Assembly: GCA_963832745.1 (NCBI GenBank)
Contig: CAWHVC010000005.1
Coordinates: 224,001-288,000 of the forward strand
Length of the DNA stretch: 64,000 nt
Direction: 5' to 3'
DNA from: Candidatus Bathyarchaeota archaeon
GTDB lineage: Archaea > Thermoproteota > Bathyarchaeia > Bathyarchaeales > Bathycorpusculaceae
Numbering within the stretch: position 1 is the first letter of the stretch; the number at the start of each line of letters is the position of its first letter. The position numbers and the translations under genes were made by a program. Shown here in pieces: positions 1 through 10,185 of this stretch. Below the pieces are notes generated by a model that worked only from the letters and a program-made list of their open reading frames with translations, made no database searches and was not told the DNA's origin.

Positions 1-1302
1 GCTGATTAATCTTGAGGCAAAGTTTCCAGAGCCATCAGTTGTCCAATTAAGCAAACGGTACCGTTGATCACCTGCAGATGCACCAAGGTCTTGAATCGTC
101 AAAACGTATGAGTCCATGTAGTAATAGCTAGTTTGCGTTGTCAATGGTGAAAGCGAAATGTTCGTAACAGCGCCGCTCCAAGGATTAACCTTCAATAATC
201 TTGCACCGCCTGACCCGGTTGTTAGGGATATAAGTTCAACAGAATAGGTGCTTTGTGCTTCAGCGCCAGGTACCGATCCTCCGCCGGGTTCGACATATGA
301 AATGTAGCTTGGTGTGACACCACCTGTTGCGGTTGGTATTTCATAGTATATTTCGCCTGTTCTAAGGTCATAGCATGCTGCGACACTGCCAACGCCGGGT
401 TTGGTATATGTTTGGTAGCATCTTCCGCTAAAGATTACACTGGGAGTACCGCCGCCAGCACTAAGCCCGTATTGCCCTGCCTGCCCACCTATCAGGCCTG
501 CTATTGCATTTTGCTTTCGCCAGACTACGTGTGCTGTGTTAGGTGCTGTGACCCATGGATGAAAGTCAGCTGTAGGATTCCAAACAGGATTTGTATTAGG
601 ATACATTGCATCCCAAGTAGCCCCACCGCCTATGTAGCCAGTACCAGGGTAGTTTCCAAGAATAGGCCACCATTCACGATTCTCAAGTGAAACAGGCCGA
701 GTCCAATAATCAGTTGGCAACGCCGCTGGAGGCCAAGATGGCACCATGTCTTCTTGCACTATTAGAGTTTGTTGTTCTGTACTACTCGGTTCATAGTATG
801 TTGACTCGCTAAAGTCCCACACCTGAGAGCCAACGAATGCCCCACTGTATACAGTGTAGTTTCCAGCTGGGAAGTAACCACCTGGAAAAACAAACTGTAT
901 TTTCCATTCTCCAACTTGGTCAACTGGATATTCTATATAGGCCGTTGTGTCAGCTCGATAAGAATTCTTAACAACTGTATCAGTAGAACCGTCTGGTTTA
1001 GTAAAAATTATTTGGTAATCGGTGAAGTATCGGCTTACGTGAAGTGCAGGGTTGAGCCAAACGTTTACTAGTAGTGTTTGGCCTTTTCCAATTACACTTG
1101 GACTAAAGCTAAGGAAGGCGCGTGTTGTCTCTGTATTATCAGGGGTAGTACCAGAAGGTAAAGCAATTGAGCCACCTTCTTGCAAGTTTGTATAAGTTGT
1201 TTGCGGTGTTTGTGCATTTGCAGGAAGTGTTGTTAACGCAGTTGATGTTATCAAAAGAAACGCTATGCTTAAAGATATGACAATTTTTGATAAGGTTTTC
1301 AG
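1..1302 (-). CDS. Secreted PQQ-like beta-propeller surface protein, 5' part; runs off the window; probable CTG (or ATA) start
   Basis: Not in the ORF track. Manual translation is open from 1302 to 1: (M)KTLSKIVISLSIAFLLIT signal peptide, then ...LPTDYWTRPVSLENREWW...APNTAHVVWRK...CYDLRTGEIYY. AGGAG SD at 1312-1316 (minus strand); in-frame TAA at 1318-1320. Confidence 0.75.
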   Translation of the reverse strand, partial: MKTLSKIVISLSIAFLLITSTALTTLPANAQTPQTTYTNLQEGGSIALPSGTTPDNTETTRAFLSFSPSVIGKGQTLLVNVWLNPALHVSRYFTDYQIIFTKPDGSTDTVVKNSYRADTTAYIEYPVDQVGEWKIQFVFPGGYFPAGNYTVYSGAFVGSQVWDFSESTYYEPSSTEQQTLIVQEDMVPSWPPAALPTDYWTRPVSLENREWWPILGNYPGTGYIGGGATWDAMYPNTNPVWNPTADFHPWVTAPNTAHVVWRKQNAIAGLIGGQAGQYGLSAGGGTPSVIFSGRCYQTYTKPGVGSVAACYDLRTGEIYYEIPTATGGVTPSYISYVEPGGGSVPGAEAQSTYSVELISLTTGSGGARLLKVNPWSGAVTNISLSPLTTQTSYYYMDSYVLTIQDLGASAGDQRYRLLNWTTDGSGNFASRLIS

Positions 1303-1362
1303 TTTTATTTTCTCCTTTTAATTTAATATAGAGGCAAGTTGGTGAAAAACAGTTATAATTCG

Positions 1363-1381
1363 TACTCACCTATCGTGAGTA
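1363..1381. promoter_or_regulatory. Palindrome TACTCAC-N5-GTGAGTA just upstream of the TATA-like box of the surface protein gene
   Basis: Perfect 7-bp inverted repeat adjacent to TTATAA (1353-1358). Confidence 0.4.
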
Positions 1382-1629
1382 AAACACTTTACCGATTAAT
1401 CAGTTAAAAATTATGTTTAGATGAAAAATTACATAAATAAACGAGCAAAATTCAAAAAAAATTATTGCTAATTGAGCCTTATTCACACAAGTCCACGGAT
1501 TTATACATCAATAAATTGGTTGCAACCACCTAATATTTTCCAACTGATTTTTCAAACACTCGTTAAGAATCCAAAAATTTACTCCAATTTAATTTTAAAA
1601 ACTAAAAATAAATCTCCGAAATGTAGCAC

Positions 1630-1711
1630 AAAAAAGAATTACCTCAGGTGAATAACTTTACAGGTTACCACACCTGTAAAGCTATCCACCCTTAGCCGTC
1701 TGAGTAACTCT
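1630..1711 (-). ncRNA. Long RNA hairpin followed by U6 (structured RNA or terminator)
   Basis: Minus strand: 19-bp inner stem and about 11-bp outer stem; mismatches resolve as G-U pairs only on the minus strand; followed by UUUUUU. Confidence 0.5.
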
Positions 1712-1792
1712 GAATTTTCATCCAACAATTGTCAATCTAATGCCTTCTCATCATTCGGCACCACAGTAACAATAAAACAAAAATAAAAGCAT

Positions 1793-2665
1793 TCAGAGAA
1801 AACCGAGAGATAAAGCACCGAAAAGATAAGCCAAAAGCCCCACCAAGAACAGCATCAAAACAACATTTTTGATTTTTCTTGCTTTCTCCCGTGAATGATT
1901 CAAAAGAAGAAGCACAGAGCATACCAACAGGCCTATATCAGTGACAAGAACAAGCGGCACAAACAGTATACCCACCAACCCCAAAAACCACGTAACAGGA
2001 GTTAAAGCCACCGCGAAAACGAAAAAGCCAACCGCCACCACCGCCGCAGCTTTTTCACCAAACCGCACAGCCAAGGTCTTTACACCTTCAGCACTGTCAC
2101 CTTTAACATCTACAATACCCTTGGTAATTTCTCTGCCCGTGTTTGAGAGGAAAGCCATAGACGCGAAAAGCATAACGTTTAATCCGACCGTTCCAAGGGC
2201 GGTTACGCTTCCGTAAATGAATGGGATTGCTACACAGGCGCTGACCAGAAAGTTTCCTGGTAAGCCGCTGCGTTTACCAACTGTGAGATAGGTTCCGGTT
2301 AATACTAAAGAGATTGCGGCAACCACAAAACATAGAAGGCCGTATGGTTGTACGAGAAGAGAGAATATGAAGCCAACAACGATTAATCCAGCCATGAAAG
2401 CCAAGGCTTCTCTGGGTTTTACGGTGCCACTTGGAATAGGTCGTTGGGGTTCGTTGATGGCGTCGATTTTGCGGTCGTAGTAATCGTTGATTACCATTGC
2501 GGCGGCGCAGAAGGTGAATCCAGTTAGGAAGCCATAGAGAATGTTAAGCCAGTTTAGACCGCCGAGTTGCGGGTAGGCAAGGAGGGCGCCGACGAAAACG
2601 GCGAAACCCATCATTATGCAGTTGATTGGACGCATTAGTTTTATGAATCCGCTGAGTTTGTTCAT
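1793..2665 (-). CDS. Digeranylgeranylglyceryl phosphate synthase (UbiA prenyltransferase family)
   Basis: NDYYDRKIDAINEPQRPIPSG and REITKGIVDVKGD motifs; multiple TM helices. Confidence 0.9.
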   Translation of the reverse strand: MNKLSGFIKLMRPINCIMMGFAVFVGALLAYPQLGGLNWLNILYGFLTGFTFCAAAMVINDYYDRKIDAINEPQRPIPSGTVKPREALAFMAGLIVVGFIFSLLVQPYGLLCFVVAAISLVLTGTYLTVGKRSGLPGNFLVSACVAIPFIYGSVTALGTVGLNVMLFASMAFLSNTGREITKGIVDVKGDSAEGVKTLAVRFGEKAAAVVAVGFFVFAVALTPVTWFLGLVGILFVPLVLVTDIGLLVCSVLLLLNHSREKARKIKNVVLMLFLVGLLAYLFGALSLGFL

Positions 2666-2891
2666 GCTGCTTCCTGTTTCCGTTGCCTTTGTAGTTGGTT
2701 AAGGTTAGTTATAAAAATTCTATTAAAAACATAACTTACGTGGCTTTGTTTTTTGGTTTTAGCAAGGATAATCATTGCAGAAAAAGCAATAAAAACGCAT
2801 GTTAACACTCGAACCAGTCAATTAAATACTTTAACGTTAAATGTTCCGCAATTATTTTATTGTTGACAACCGTTTGAAGATTTGACGGACA

Positions 2892-3308
2892 ATGTCAAAC
2901 CCGACGCCAACAACAGCGCCCAAAATAAAAAAACAAAAAAGTCTAAGAATCCTACTGATGATTGCGGGCACAATATCCCTTGGGTTAGGTGCAGTCGGAA
3001 TCTTCTTGCCCATTCTGCCGACAACGCCGTTTCTGTTGGTTGCAGCCGCCTGTTACTTAAGAAGTTCAGAGCGAATGTATAATTGGCTACTGAAAAACCG
3101 TTGGTTTGGAGAATACTTACAGAATTATCAGGAAGGCAAAGGTATTCCTATGAAGTCAAAAATTTTTGTTATTACACTTTTATGGGCTTCTATTCTTTAT
3201 TCTTCATTGTTTATTGTTGATGAAATATTGGTAGTGCAGGTTGCCTTGCTTTTGGTTGCAGTCGGTGTAAGTGTGCATCTAATGCGGTTACCTACCCTGC
3301 ACAAGTAA
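2892..3308 (+). CDS. YbaN/DUF454 family membrane protein
   Basis: GIFLPILPTTPFLLVAAACYLRSS motif. Confidence 0.9.
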   Translation: MSNPTPTTAPKIKKQKSLRILLMIAGTISLGLGAVGIFLPILPTTPFLLVAAACYLRSSERMYNWLLKNRWFGEYLQNYQEGKGIPMKSKIFVITLLWASILYSSLFIVDEILVVQVALLLVAVGVSVHLMRLPTLHK

Positions 3309-3398
3309 AGTAGAGCATCAATCTGTACATGTAATGAGGATAGTTTTAAAAAGACAGTTCGTGCCTATTTGTATTAGACATGTTATTGGTGAAATGTT

Positions 3399-4700
3399 TT
3401 GGGTGACAACTACGCGCCATTAGTTGGAGATTGTTATTCCCCTGAAAAACTACGCGTTATCATTCCAGTAGGCGGAAAAGCTACACGGTTGTTGCCGTTA
3501 ACAGCAGAGACAAGCAAAGCCTGCTTACGTCTGTTAAACAGGCCACTTGTAGAGTTTTCACTTCTTTCCTTGGCGTCTCAGGGAATCCGCAACTTTATTT
3601 TCGGCGTAAAAGGCTACACTAACTACCGAGACCTTTACGATTATTTTGAGTCAGGCTACGGTTTTAGCGCAAGATACAACATTAAACCACGCATACACAT
3701 CAAATATCAACCTAACGTGCCTGACTTGGGCAGTGCCGATTCAGCAAGCATAAACATGGAATACTACAACCTTAAAAACCCAGTTTTCGCGGTTCAAGGC
3801 GATAACATTTTTGACGTTAAAGTCAAGAGTTTAATAGATTTTCACCAAGAAAAAGGTGCAGCTTTAACCATCGTTCTACGGGAAGTTGATAACGTGGAAG
3901 GTTTAGGCATAGCTGACATTGACAAGAACGGCAAAATCAACCGTTTCGTAGAAAAACCGTTGCCTAAAGACGCCCCCAGCAACCTTGCCAACACCGGCTT
4001 ATACGTGATTTCTCCAGAAGTGAGAAAAATATTCAAAGAAAAAGGCGTTCAACAAATAATCAAAGAAAAAAATCGTCTAGATTTCGGTTACGACTTTATT
4101 CCGTACGTTATCCAGTCAGGTCGTCCAGTGTACGGTTACACGCTTAAAGGCAGCTGGTTTGACGTAGGCACACCTAAAAGCTACTTGGAAGCCATGAAAA
4201 ACCTGTTGCAAGGCGGTTTCTCAATGCTTAACGATTTTGGTGGACGTTTAAGCCCTGACCCACACTGTCTTATTTGGGTACAAGGGGACAGTAACGATTC
4301 TGAAAAGCGTCGTGAACAAATTGTGCAAAGAATAAAGCAGAAAAAGATTCATGTTGAAGGAGCCGTGTTGATTGGGCGTCACTGCCAGATTGAGGATGGC
4401 GCAACCTTAAGCAACTGTTGCATCGACAACTTTACACGTATCGGCAAAAACGCTGTTGTTAGCAACTCTGCGGTTATGGATAGGGCAATAATTGGCGACT
4501 ATGCGGAAGTGCATGAAAGCATAATTGGCAGGCATGTAGCTGTTTATTCAAGCCAGAAGAAGCCAACTAAAATTATTGAGGTTTCAGTGGTAGCTGACGA
4601 TGTTACAGTGGATGAAGGTTGCTTGCTTAGTGGGTCAAAGGTTTATCCGCATCAAAATGTTAGGGGAGAATTTATAAACCAAATCCTAATGGCCAATTAA
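3399..4700 (+). CDS. NDP-sugar synthase (sugar-phosphate nucleotidyltransferase with C-terminal beta-helix)
   Basis: GGKATRLLPLT, FVEKP, WFDVGTP motifs; hexapeptide repeats; GGTGA SD. Confidence 0.85.
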   Translation: MGDNYAPLVGDCYSPEKLRVIIPVGGKATRLLPLTAETSKACLRLLNRPLVEFSLLSLASQGIRNFIFGVKGYTNYRDLYDYFESGYGFSARYNIKPRIHIKYQPNVPDLGSADSASINMEYYNLKNPVFAVQGDNIFDVKVKSLIDFHQEKGAALTIVLREVDNVEGLGIADIDKNGKINRFVEKPLPKDAPSNLANTGLYVISPEVRKIFKEKGVQQIIKEKNRLDFGYDFIPYVIQSGRPVYGYTLKGSWFDVGTPKSYLEAMKNLLQGGFSMLNDFGGRLSPDPHCLIWVQGDSNDSEKRREQIVQRIKQKKIHVEGAVLIGRHCQIEDGATLSNCCIDNFTRIGKNAVVSNSAVMDRAIIGDYAEVHESIIGRHVAVYSSQKKPTKIIEVSVVADDVTVDEGCLLSGSKVYPHQNVRGEFINQILMAN

Positions 4701-5263
4701 GCCTTAAACCATTTGAAAATCAAGTATTTCGTTTTTTCTTCCTTTTTGTCAGGCACCGCGATTATGAAGCGTTTGCGTACAGTTGTGGCGAGTCTACCGG
4801 CTTTCACAATTTCTGTTGCTGAAATGGTGCTGCCCTGCGGTTTAACTGAAACCATGTAAGGCGCATGCTCTATGCCGGGTCCATATTTGTAGACGGCGAA
4901 ATCGCAACCGAATTTGATGCCTGGAGTAACTATTAAGCCGCTTGCACGCAGGTCACGGTAAACAGCGTATTTTTCTTCAAATTCGTCATAAAGTTCAAGA
5001 GCTTTTTCTCTAAGGACTTTGAGGCTAACAGGTGTTTGGTTTTCGTGTACTTCAATTTGCCCTGTCTCTGCAAGGTAGAAGCCTTCCATTAAGTCTAAAA
5101 TTAGCGGTACGTCGAATTCTGGAATTTTGGGTTTTGGAATGCCGATTGGTTTGCCGTAGTAGGCTGATTTGTAAAGGCTTGAGCCTTCCTGCGGGTTCCA
5201 AACGACCAGAAAATTATCTATAAGTTCAACTTGGATTTTCTGGTTTTCAACTTTTTGAGGCAA
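4697..5263 (-). CDS. endA: tRNA-splicing endonuclease, catalytic subunit
   Basis: GIKFGCDFAVY-KYGPGIEHAPY...RLATTVRK carries the Tyr/His/Lys triad. Confidence 0.9.
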   Translation of the reverse strand: MPQKVENQKIQVELIDNFLVVWNPQEGSSLYKSAYYGKPIGIPKPKIPEFDVPLILDLMEGFYLAETGQIEVHENQTPVSLKVLREKALELYDEFEEKYAVYRDLRASGLIVTPGIKFGCDFAVYKYGPGIEHAPYMVSVKPQGSTISATEIVKAGRLATTVRKRFIIAVPDKKEEKTKYLIFKWFKA

Positions 5264-5264
5264 A

Positions 5265-5924
5265 TTACATTACCATGGACAGCATTCGTGCTGTGTCTGC
5301 GGCGTCTTCGGCTTTGTCAGCGGAGTTTTCAAGCAGTTGTAGTACGTCTCGAAGTAAAAGCAGCACTGGAGTCTCAAGTTTGCCGGTTAAAACTTTAATT
5401 GATAATGTACGATATTGGTCGTCGACTATTCGTTCGGCGATTTCTACATCTTTGGCTCGTTCCAAGGTTTTTTGTGAACCATAATTAAGAACCATCATGG
5501 TTTCACGGAGTTTAAGCACCGCGTCAAGCACTGCTGAGGATAATTTGGTTAAGTCATTTTTGATGTCTGTTGATACTACCCAGTTGTGCTCCATGATTTC
5601 TACCAGATAAAAGGCGATGCCTTCGGAGAAGTCAGCTATTTCACTTGAAAGATTAGTAAACCGTAGGAAGTCTTCTCTGCTGATTAGAATTGCGCCTATT
5701 TCGGCGAGTTCCTGACTGACCATTCGTCGTGCTTTAACGACTTCTTCTTCGCCAGCGCGTATTTCTGTTAATAATTTTCTGGCGTTATCTTTGTCTCCAC
5801 TTGCAAAACATTCTACCAACTGTGGAATTTTTCTGGAAACATCTACAACTTTACGTAAATTATCTGAACAAGCATTTATAGCTCTACGCTTTACGCGCTC
5901 TTCTGTTTCTGCGGGAAGTACCAA
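5265..5924 (-). CDS. DUF47/PhoU-like phosphate transport regulator
   Basis: Helical protein with SREDFLRF and ADKAEDAAD motifs. Confidence 0.8.
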   Translation of the reverse strand: MVLPAETEERVKRRAINACSDNLRKVVDVSRKIPQLVECFASGDKDNARKLLTEIRAGEEEVVKARRMVSQELAEIGAILISREDFLRFTNLSSEIADFSEGIAFYLVEIMEHNWVVSTDIKNDLTKLSSAVLDAVLKLRETMMVLNYGSQKTLERAKDVEIAERIVDDQYRTLSIKVLTGKLETPVLLLLRDVLQLLENSADKAEDAADTARMLSMVM

Positions 5925-5998
5925 TCTGTTTTTGCGCCCCTCTCATCCATTACCGTATTTTTTAGTATTTCTTTGTACGTGTGCATTAAAAAAGGTAG

Positions 5999-7774
5999 CT
6001 ACTTACTTTGAACCGATTCTCCTAAGGATTCAAAGTTAATTTTTTCAGTGAAGTATTGGTGAAGTAGTTCAGGTAAATCTTTGATTGCTGTGCGTACTTG
6101 CTGCCAGCTATCTCTGTCGCGGATGGTTACTGTGTTGTCCTCTAAGGTGTCATAGTCGATGGTGATGCCTAAAGCTACGCCTGCTTCGTCTGCACGTGCG
6201 TAACGTCTGCCAATGGAGCCTGCTTCGTCGTAATCAGTCATGAAGCCTGCCGCTGTCAACTGTTTTTGGAGTTCCAATGCTTTAGTGTCTAAACCGTCTT
6301 TGCCCATAAGCGGGTAAATGCCGATTTGAATAGGTGTGATACATCTTGGGAAGCTAAGGATTACACGGTCATCTTTAACATGGTATGCGTACTCGAGTGC
6401 CACATAGAATAAGCGGTCACAGCCGAAGCTGGGTTCAACCACATGGGGAGTAAAACGTTTGCCGCGTTCGACCGTTTTTTGGTGACCAATGTCTACTTGT
6501 TCTTTGAAAACTTGATAATTGCCTACCATAGTGTACCCGTCTTTGTTCATATCTACAAGGACTTTTTCAGGTGGAATCTTGGCAAGTTCCGCCGCAACTT
6601 TTGCTGCGTCGCCTTTGAAGACGGGACCAAGTTTTGCCAGTATAGGTTTAACAGCTAATTCTTCTTTCTCAATTGGGACAGCGTATTCTTTGTAAACGCG
6701 TAGGTCTACGCCGCTTGCTTTCATGTGGCAGTTTAAGTCGTAATCGGTGCGGTAAGCGTGACCGCTGACTTCGACCCAGCCCCAACGGTCAACGAGGACT
6801 TCTTGGTCAAAACTCTGCGTGCTGTAGTGAGCCTTTTCCCACGTGAGTTTTTCAAGGAAACGTTGACGCTCCACTGGAACGCCCAATTCGACAAGTAAGC
6901 GTTTTGCCATTGCCATAAAGAATGCTTGCCATTCACTAAGGATAACCTTCTTGTCCAAGGCTTCGCGGACAGTGAAGAGCGTGACATCCTCGCATTCTTT
7001 TAGCCGTGTATCACACAGTAGGATTGGGATAACCTCGTCTTCTACTTCTTTGATGAAACGGCAGGTTTGGTCTTCTGGGTCAAAGAAAAATTCCAAGTCA
7101 GAAATGGTAAATTCACGCAGGCGAATGAGACCTTGGCGTGGCGAAATTTCGTTGCGCAAGGCGTGACCGATTTGGATGGCGCCAAAGGGCAGTTTCTCGC
7201 GTGCGATGTTGTATAGACGGTTGAATTCGACGAAGATGTTTTGTGCAGCTTCTGGCCTACCGTAGCCGACTGCGCCACTGTACGGGCCAATAGTGGTCTC
7301 GAACATTGTCAGGTAACGTTGGGGCTTGCCAAATGTGCCTTTGCAGTCGGGGCAGACTATTTCGTGGGTGACGAGTTCAGCTGCGATTTCGTCAAGAGTC
7401 ATTTTTTCTGCTTCTTTACTGCTAATGCCTTTGTCCTCAAGCAGGTGGTCTGCTCGGAAACGGGTGTGGCATTTTTGACATTCAACCATAGGTTCTTTGA
7501 AGTGGTCAACGTGACCGCTGGCTTCAAATACTTTTCCGGGCGCGATGACCGAGGATTCCATCTCGAAAATGCCCAGTTTTTTAACAAATAATTCGCGGAG
7601 CCGCCCTTCTACGTTCTGTTTCAGGCGTGTGCCCAGTGGACCGTAGGTTACAAAGCCGGCTGTTCCGCCGTAAATCTCAAAACTTGACCAGAAAAAGCCT
7701 CGACGTTTGGCTAACTCGTTAATAGCAGTGAATTTGTCACATGCTGGTTTTGAACATTTAGCTTCATCGCTCAA
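5999..7774 (-). CDS. glyS: Glycine--tRNA ligase (archaeal/eukaryotic homodimeric type)
   Basis: RPEAAQ, RNEISPRQGLIRLREF, VVEPSFG, GSIGRRYARADEAG motifs. Confidence 0.97.
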   Translation of the reverse strand: MSDEAKCSKPACDKFTAINELAKRRGFFWSSFEIYGGTAGFVTYGPLGTRLKQNVEGRLRELFVKKLGIFEMESSVIAPGKVFEASGHVDHFKEPMVECQKCHTRFRADHLLEDKGISSKEAEKMTLDEIAAELVTHEIVCPDCKGTFGKPQRYLTMFETTIGPYSGAVGYGRPEAAQNIFVEFNRLYNIAREKLPFGAIQIGHALRNEISPRQGLIRLREFTISDLEFFFDPEDQTCRFIKEVEDEVIPILLCDTRLKECEDVTLFTVREALDKKVILSEWQAFFMAMAKRLLVELGVPVERQRFLEKLTWEKAHYSTQSFDQEVLVDRWGWVEVSGHAYRTDYDLNCHMKASGVDLRVYKEYAVPIEKEELAVKPILAKLGPVFKGDAAKVAAELAKIPPEKVLVDMNKDGYTMVGNYQVFKEQVDIGHQKTVERGKRFTPHVVEPSFGCDRLFYVALEYAYHVKDDRVILSFPRCITPIQIGIYPLMGKDGLDTKALELQKQLTAAGFMTDYDEAGSIGRRYARADEAGVALGITIDYDTLEDNTVTIRDRDSWQQVRTAIKDLPELLHQYFTEKINFESLGESVQSK

Positions 7775-7883
7775 TTACGATTATCCCTTTTCATACGTTA
7801 GAACCCACAGCAGATTAAAATGTTGTCATGAAAAAAAAGTTTTTGCAGTGCTTGCTCGATTGCCTTTTCAGCATTAAAAGGGG

Positions 7884-8426
7884 TTATTGATGTGCCTCAC
7901 ATTTTTTGGTAACAATTAATCCGATGCTTGAAAACAGGATTAAGACAATTATGAATGCTACAGAGCTGAATTCAGGTATTGTTGAGGATGCATTCGGTGT
8001 TGCAGTGGCTTTTGGGTCTGTTTTGAGAGTCGACGGGGGTGTATTTGTTTCTGGAGGAACGGTTGTGGTTGGTGTTGGTGAAATTATTGGGGTTAAGGTT
8101 GGTGACGGCGAAGTTGTTGGAGTCGGAGTTGCCGTTTGTGATGGTGATGTTGTTGGGGTGTTTGAAGAGGGTAATGGCGGGTCGCATCTTGAGCAGGGAT
8201 GATAGCCATGATTTATTGCGTCTTGGGCGTCTATAAACCAGATTTTGTTTTCCTCTTTAATGTTGGATACATAAGAGCACCAAGGATAATGGTAGACGTC
8301 GCTTTCTTTGCTTCCAACAAATTGCCCGGGATATGGAGTCTGTCCTGAAAGGGGCAGAGCCAGCACGAGAACTAACAATAAAGATATTTTAAATAGGATA
8401 ACGAAATTTATTTTCATTCTAACCAA
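7884..8426 (-). CDS. Secreted Ada-like metal-binding domain protein with PT-rich linker and PEF-type C-terminal anchor
   Basis: Signal peptide; SDVYHYPWC...GYHPCSRCDP; IPEF + TM + KK tail. Confidence 0.8.
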   Translation of the reverse strand: MVRMKINFVILFKISLLLVLVLALPLSGQTPYPGQFVGSKESDVYHYPWCSYVSNIKEENKIWFIDAQDAINHGYHPCSRCDPPLPSSNTPTTSPSQTATPTPTTSPSPTLTPIISPTPTTTVPPETNTPPSTLKTDPKATATPNASSTIPEFSSVAFIIVLILFSSIGLIVTKKCEAHQ

Positions 8427-8481
8427 AATTAGGCGAATATGGAACTATAATTGGTTATGAATTTCTAATCAATAAGAAAAA

Positions 8482-9162
8482 CTAGCGAAGGTAGTTTATG
8501 TTTATGCTTGGATTCAACGCTAGCCCCGGTTTTGCGAGGAGTTCTACGAACCTGTAGCCTTTTGTTGGGTGGAACATGTTTGCCGACGCACAACTTCGGA
8601 CTATCCATGCGGTGTCTAAACCCATTTCTGTTCCAGCCGCCGCATAAACCAGTTCGCCCTCAGGAATCAAGCCTGCGTCGGTTGCCATCAAAACCGTTTC
8701 CAAGCAAACCAGCGTGCCCGGCGAGATGAGCTCAAGGGTTTTGGCGACTATGTCGAGTGAAGTGGTTTTTCTTAGGTGTAGCCGCATGGAAAAGGTGGGA
8801 CCGAAGAGGGGGATGGTTCCGCGGACTGTTTCAACGGCCAGTTCCTTGAGTTTGTCCTTGTTTTCAGGTGTTATGCTTAATGGGACGCGGTCGAGTTGGC
8901 GTTTTTGCCATTCTTCCCTTCGTGCTTTGAGTTCGGGGATTTTATCGAAGAGATCAGCGTTCATAGCGTTAACTTCCCAAAACATGCCTTGTGGACAAGT
9001 TACGCAGATGATTTTGCGGTCTTTGATTTGCTGTGCGGTTTTGACGGCGCTATCGCCAGTAACTGAAGCTACGACCAAGGTTTCAGGTGGCGTAGGCATG
9101 TTTTTTAGAATGTCGATTACTTGTTGAGTGTTTACTGGCCCGGGGCGTTCAAAGACCTTCAT
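8482..9162 (-). CDS. Pyruvate kinase C-terminal alpha/beta-like domain protein (COG1751-like)
   Basis: FERPGPVNT, VVASVTGDSA, MATDAGLI, AGTEMGLDTA motifs. Confidence 0.75.
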   Translation of the reverse strand: MKVFERPGPVNTQQVIDILKNMPTPPETLVVASVTGDSAVKTAQQIKDRKIICVTCPQGMFWEVNAMNADLFDKIPELKARREEWQKRQLDRVPLSITPENKDKLKELAVETVRGTIPLFGPTFSMRLHLRKTTSLDIVAKTLELISPGTLVCLETVLMATDAGLIPEGELVYAAAGTEMGLDTAWIVRSCASANMFHPTKGYRFVELLAKPGLALNPSININYLR

Positions 9163-9217
9163 GCTTAATCCTCAAACAAGTAAGCACAAGTTAGCCATTA
9201 AAAAGTAACTGTTCAAA

Positions 9218-10000
9218 CTATGCAGCGATAACAGCGTGGGCAAGCAGCAACACCGCATAGAAAGCAGAGCCAACAAGGAAGAGGGCGAGGCTTTGTTTTC
9301 TTGACTCGGAAGGTATCTCGTTTTTTATTGAAGTGTAAAGTATACTTCCGGAAATAAATGCCAGCAACACGTAAATTTCTGCCAGATGCTCTGGAAACAG
9401 CACAGAAATACCCCACCCAGCAAGCGGCATAACAGCAGCAATGTAACGTCCAACATGGATTTGGTAATGTTTGTAGTGTTCAACCATGTCGTCGCTTGAA
9501 ATAAAAAAGTGCAACGCAATGGCAAAGGTGTAGAGAAAACCTGTTACAAAACCAGCTTGAAACTCAAAAACCAAAAGGTAACTTAGAATCAGGTTCATGA
9601 AAGCGTAGCTGATGAAGTGTACGATGAACACTTTTTTGTCTGCGGCAGTTTGATTGTAACCCTGCTGGGTTATAGCTTGGTTTCTGATGCGAGAACGCTT
9701 GGCAAGGTGTTCAAGAACAAAAAACAGCAAGAACCCAACAAAAACCACAAGAAAAATGGCGTCCTCATAGACAGCGACAAGTTGGCTTGCGCCAGCCACC
9801 TGTTTAAGATAAACGCCTGCCTGCTCAAGGCTTGGCAGCAAATCCAAAAACACGTAAGCCGCTGCTACCCCGCCGAAGAAAGATAGAACCCGCCGTTTAT
9901 GTTGCTCAATATATTGTAGCAGTCGAAGGGTGTAGAAGCTGATTAACGCAAAAATCAGCGCTGCCACAAAAGAGAAAACGGTTTCAGGCAAAACGGGCAA
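9218..10000 (-). CDS. ZIP-like multi-pass membrane protein
   Basis: SFFGGVAAAYVFLDLLP, AIALHF, KNEIP; about 8 TM helices. Confidence 0.6.
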   Translation of the reverse strand: MPVLPETVFSFVAALIFALISFYTLRLLQYIEQHKRRVLSFFGGVAAAYVFLDLLPSLEQAGVYLKQVAGASQLVAVYEDAIFLVVFVGFLLFFVLEHLAKRSRIRNQAITQQGYNQTAADKKVFIVHFISYAFMNLILSYLLVFEFQAGFVTGFLYTFAIALHFFISSDDMVEHYKHYQIHVGRYIAAVMPLAGWGISVLFPEHLAEIYVLLAFISGSILYTSIKNEIPSESRKQSLALFLVGSAFYAVLLLAHAVIAA

Positions 10001-10068
10001 TTTTTTGTCTCCAAAACTACGGTTAAGAAAAGATGAGGTGACAGTTTATTTTAACGCTTCTACAGTAA

Positions 10069-10185
10069 CCTACTTTAGACCAACCTATTTGGCATCTATT
10101 TGGATCCTAATAGAAATAGTATGCAGAAACCTATAAAGGGTAGGTCAGTAATGGCTGAAAAAAGGTCCACGAACATGACGAAATC
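10069..10185 (+). repeat. Dispersed intergenic repeat, copy A
   Basis: CCTATTTGG...CCTAATAG...CAGAAACCTATAAAGGGTAGGTCAGTAATGGCTGAAAA; matches the copies at about 17.2, 25.0 and 33.3 kb. Confidence 0.75.

Noticed and set aside
412-690. 92-aa plus-strand ORF and other short ORFs overlapping identified genes
   Set aside because: Antisense or alternative-frame shadows of well-supported CDSs.
1630-1730. Hairpin as a C/D or H/ACA guide RNA, or a BHB substrate
   Set aside because: No proper RUGAUGA box C, no correctly placed ACA or K-loop, and the bulges do not follow 3-4-3 geometry.
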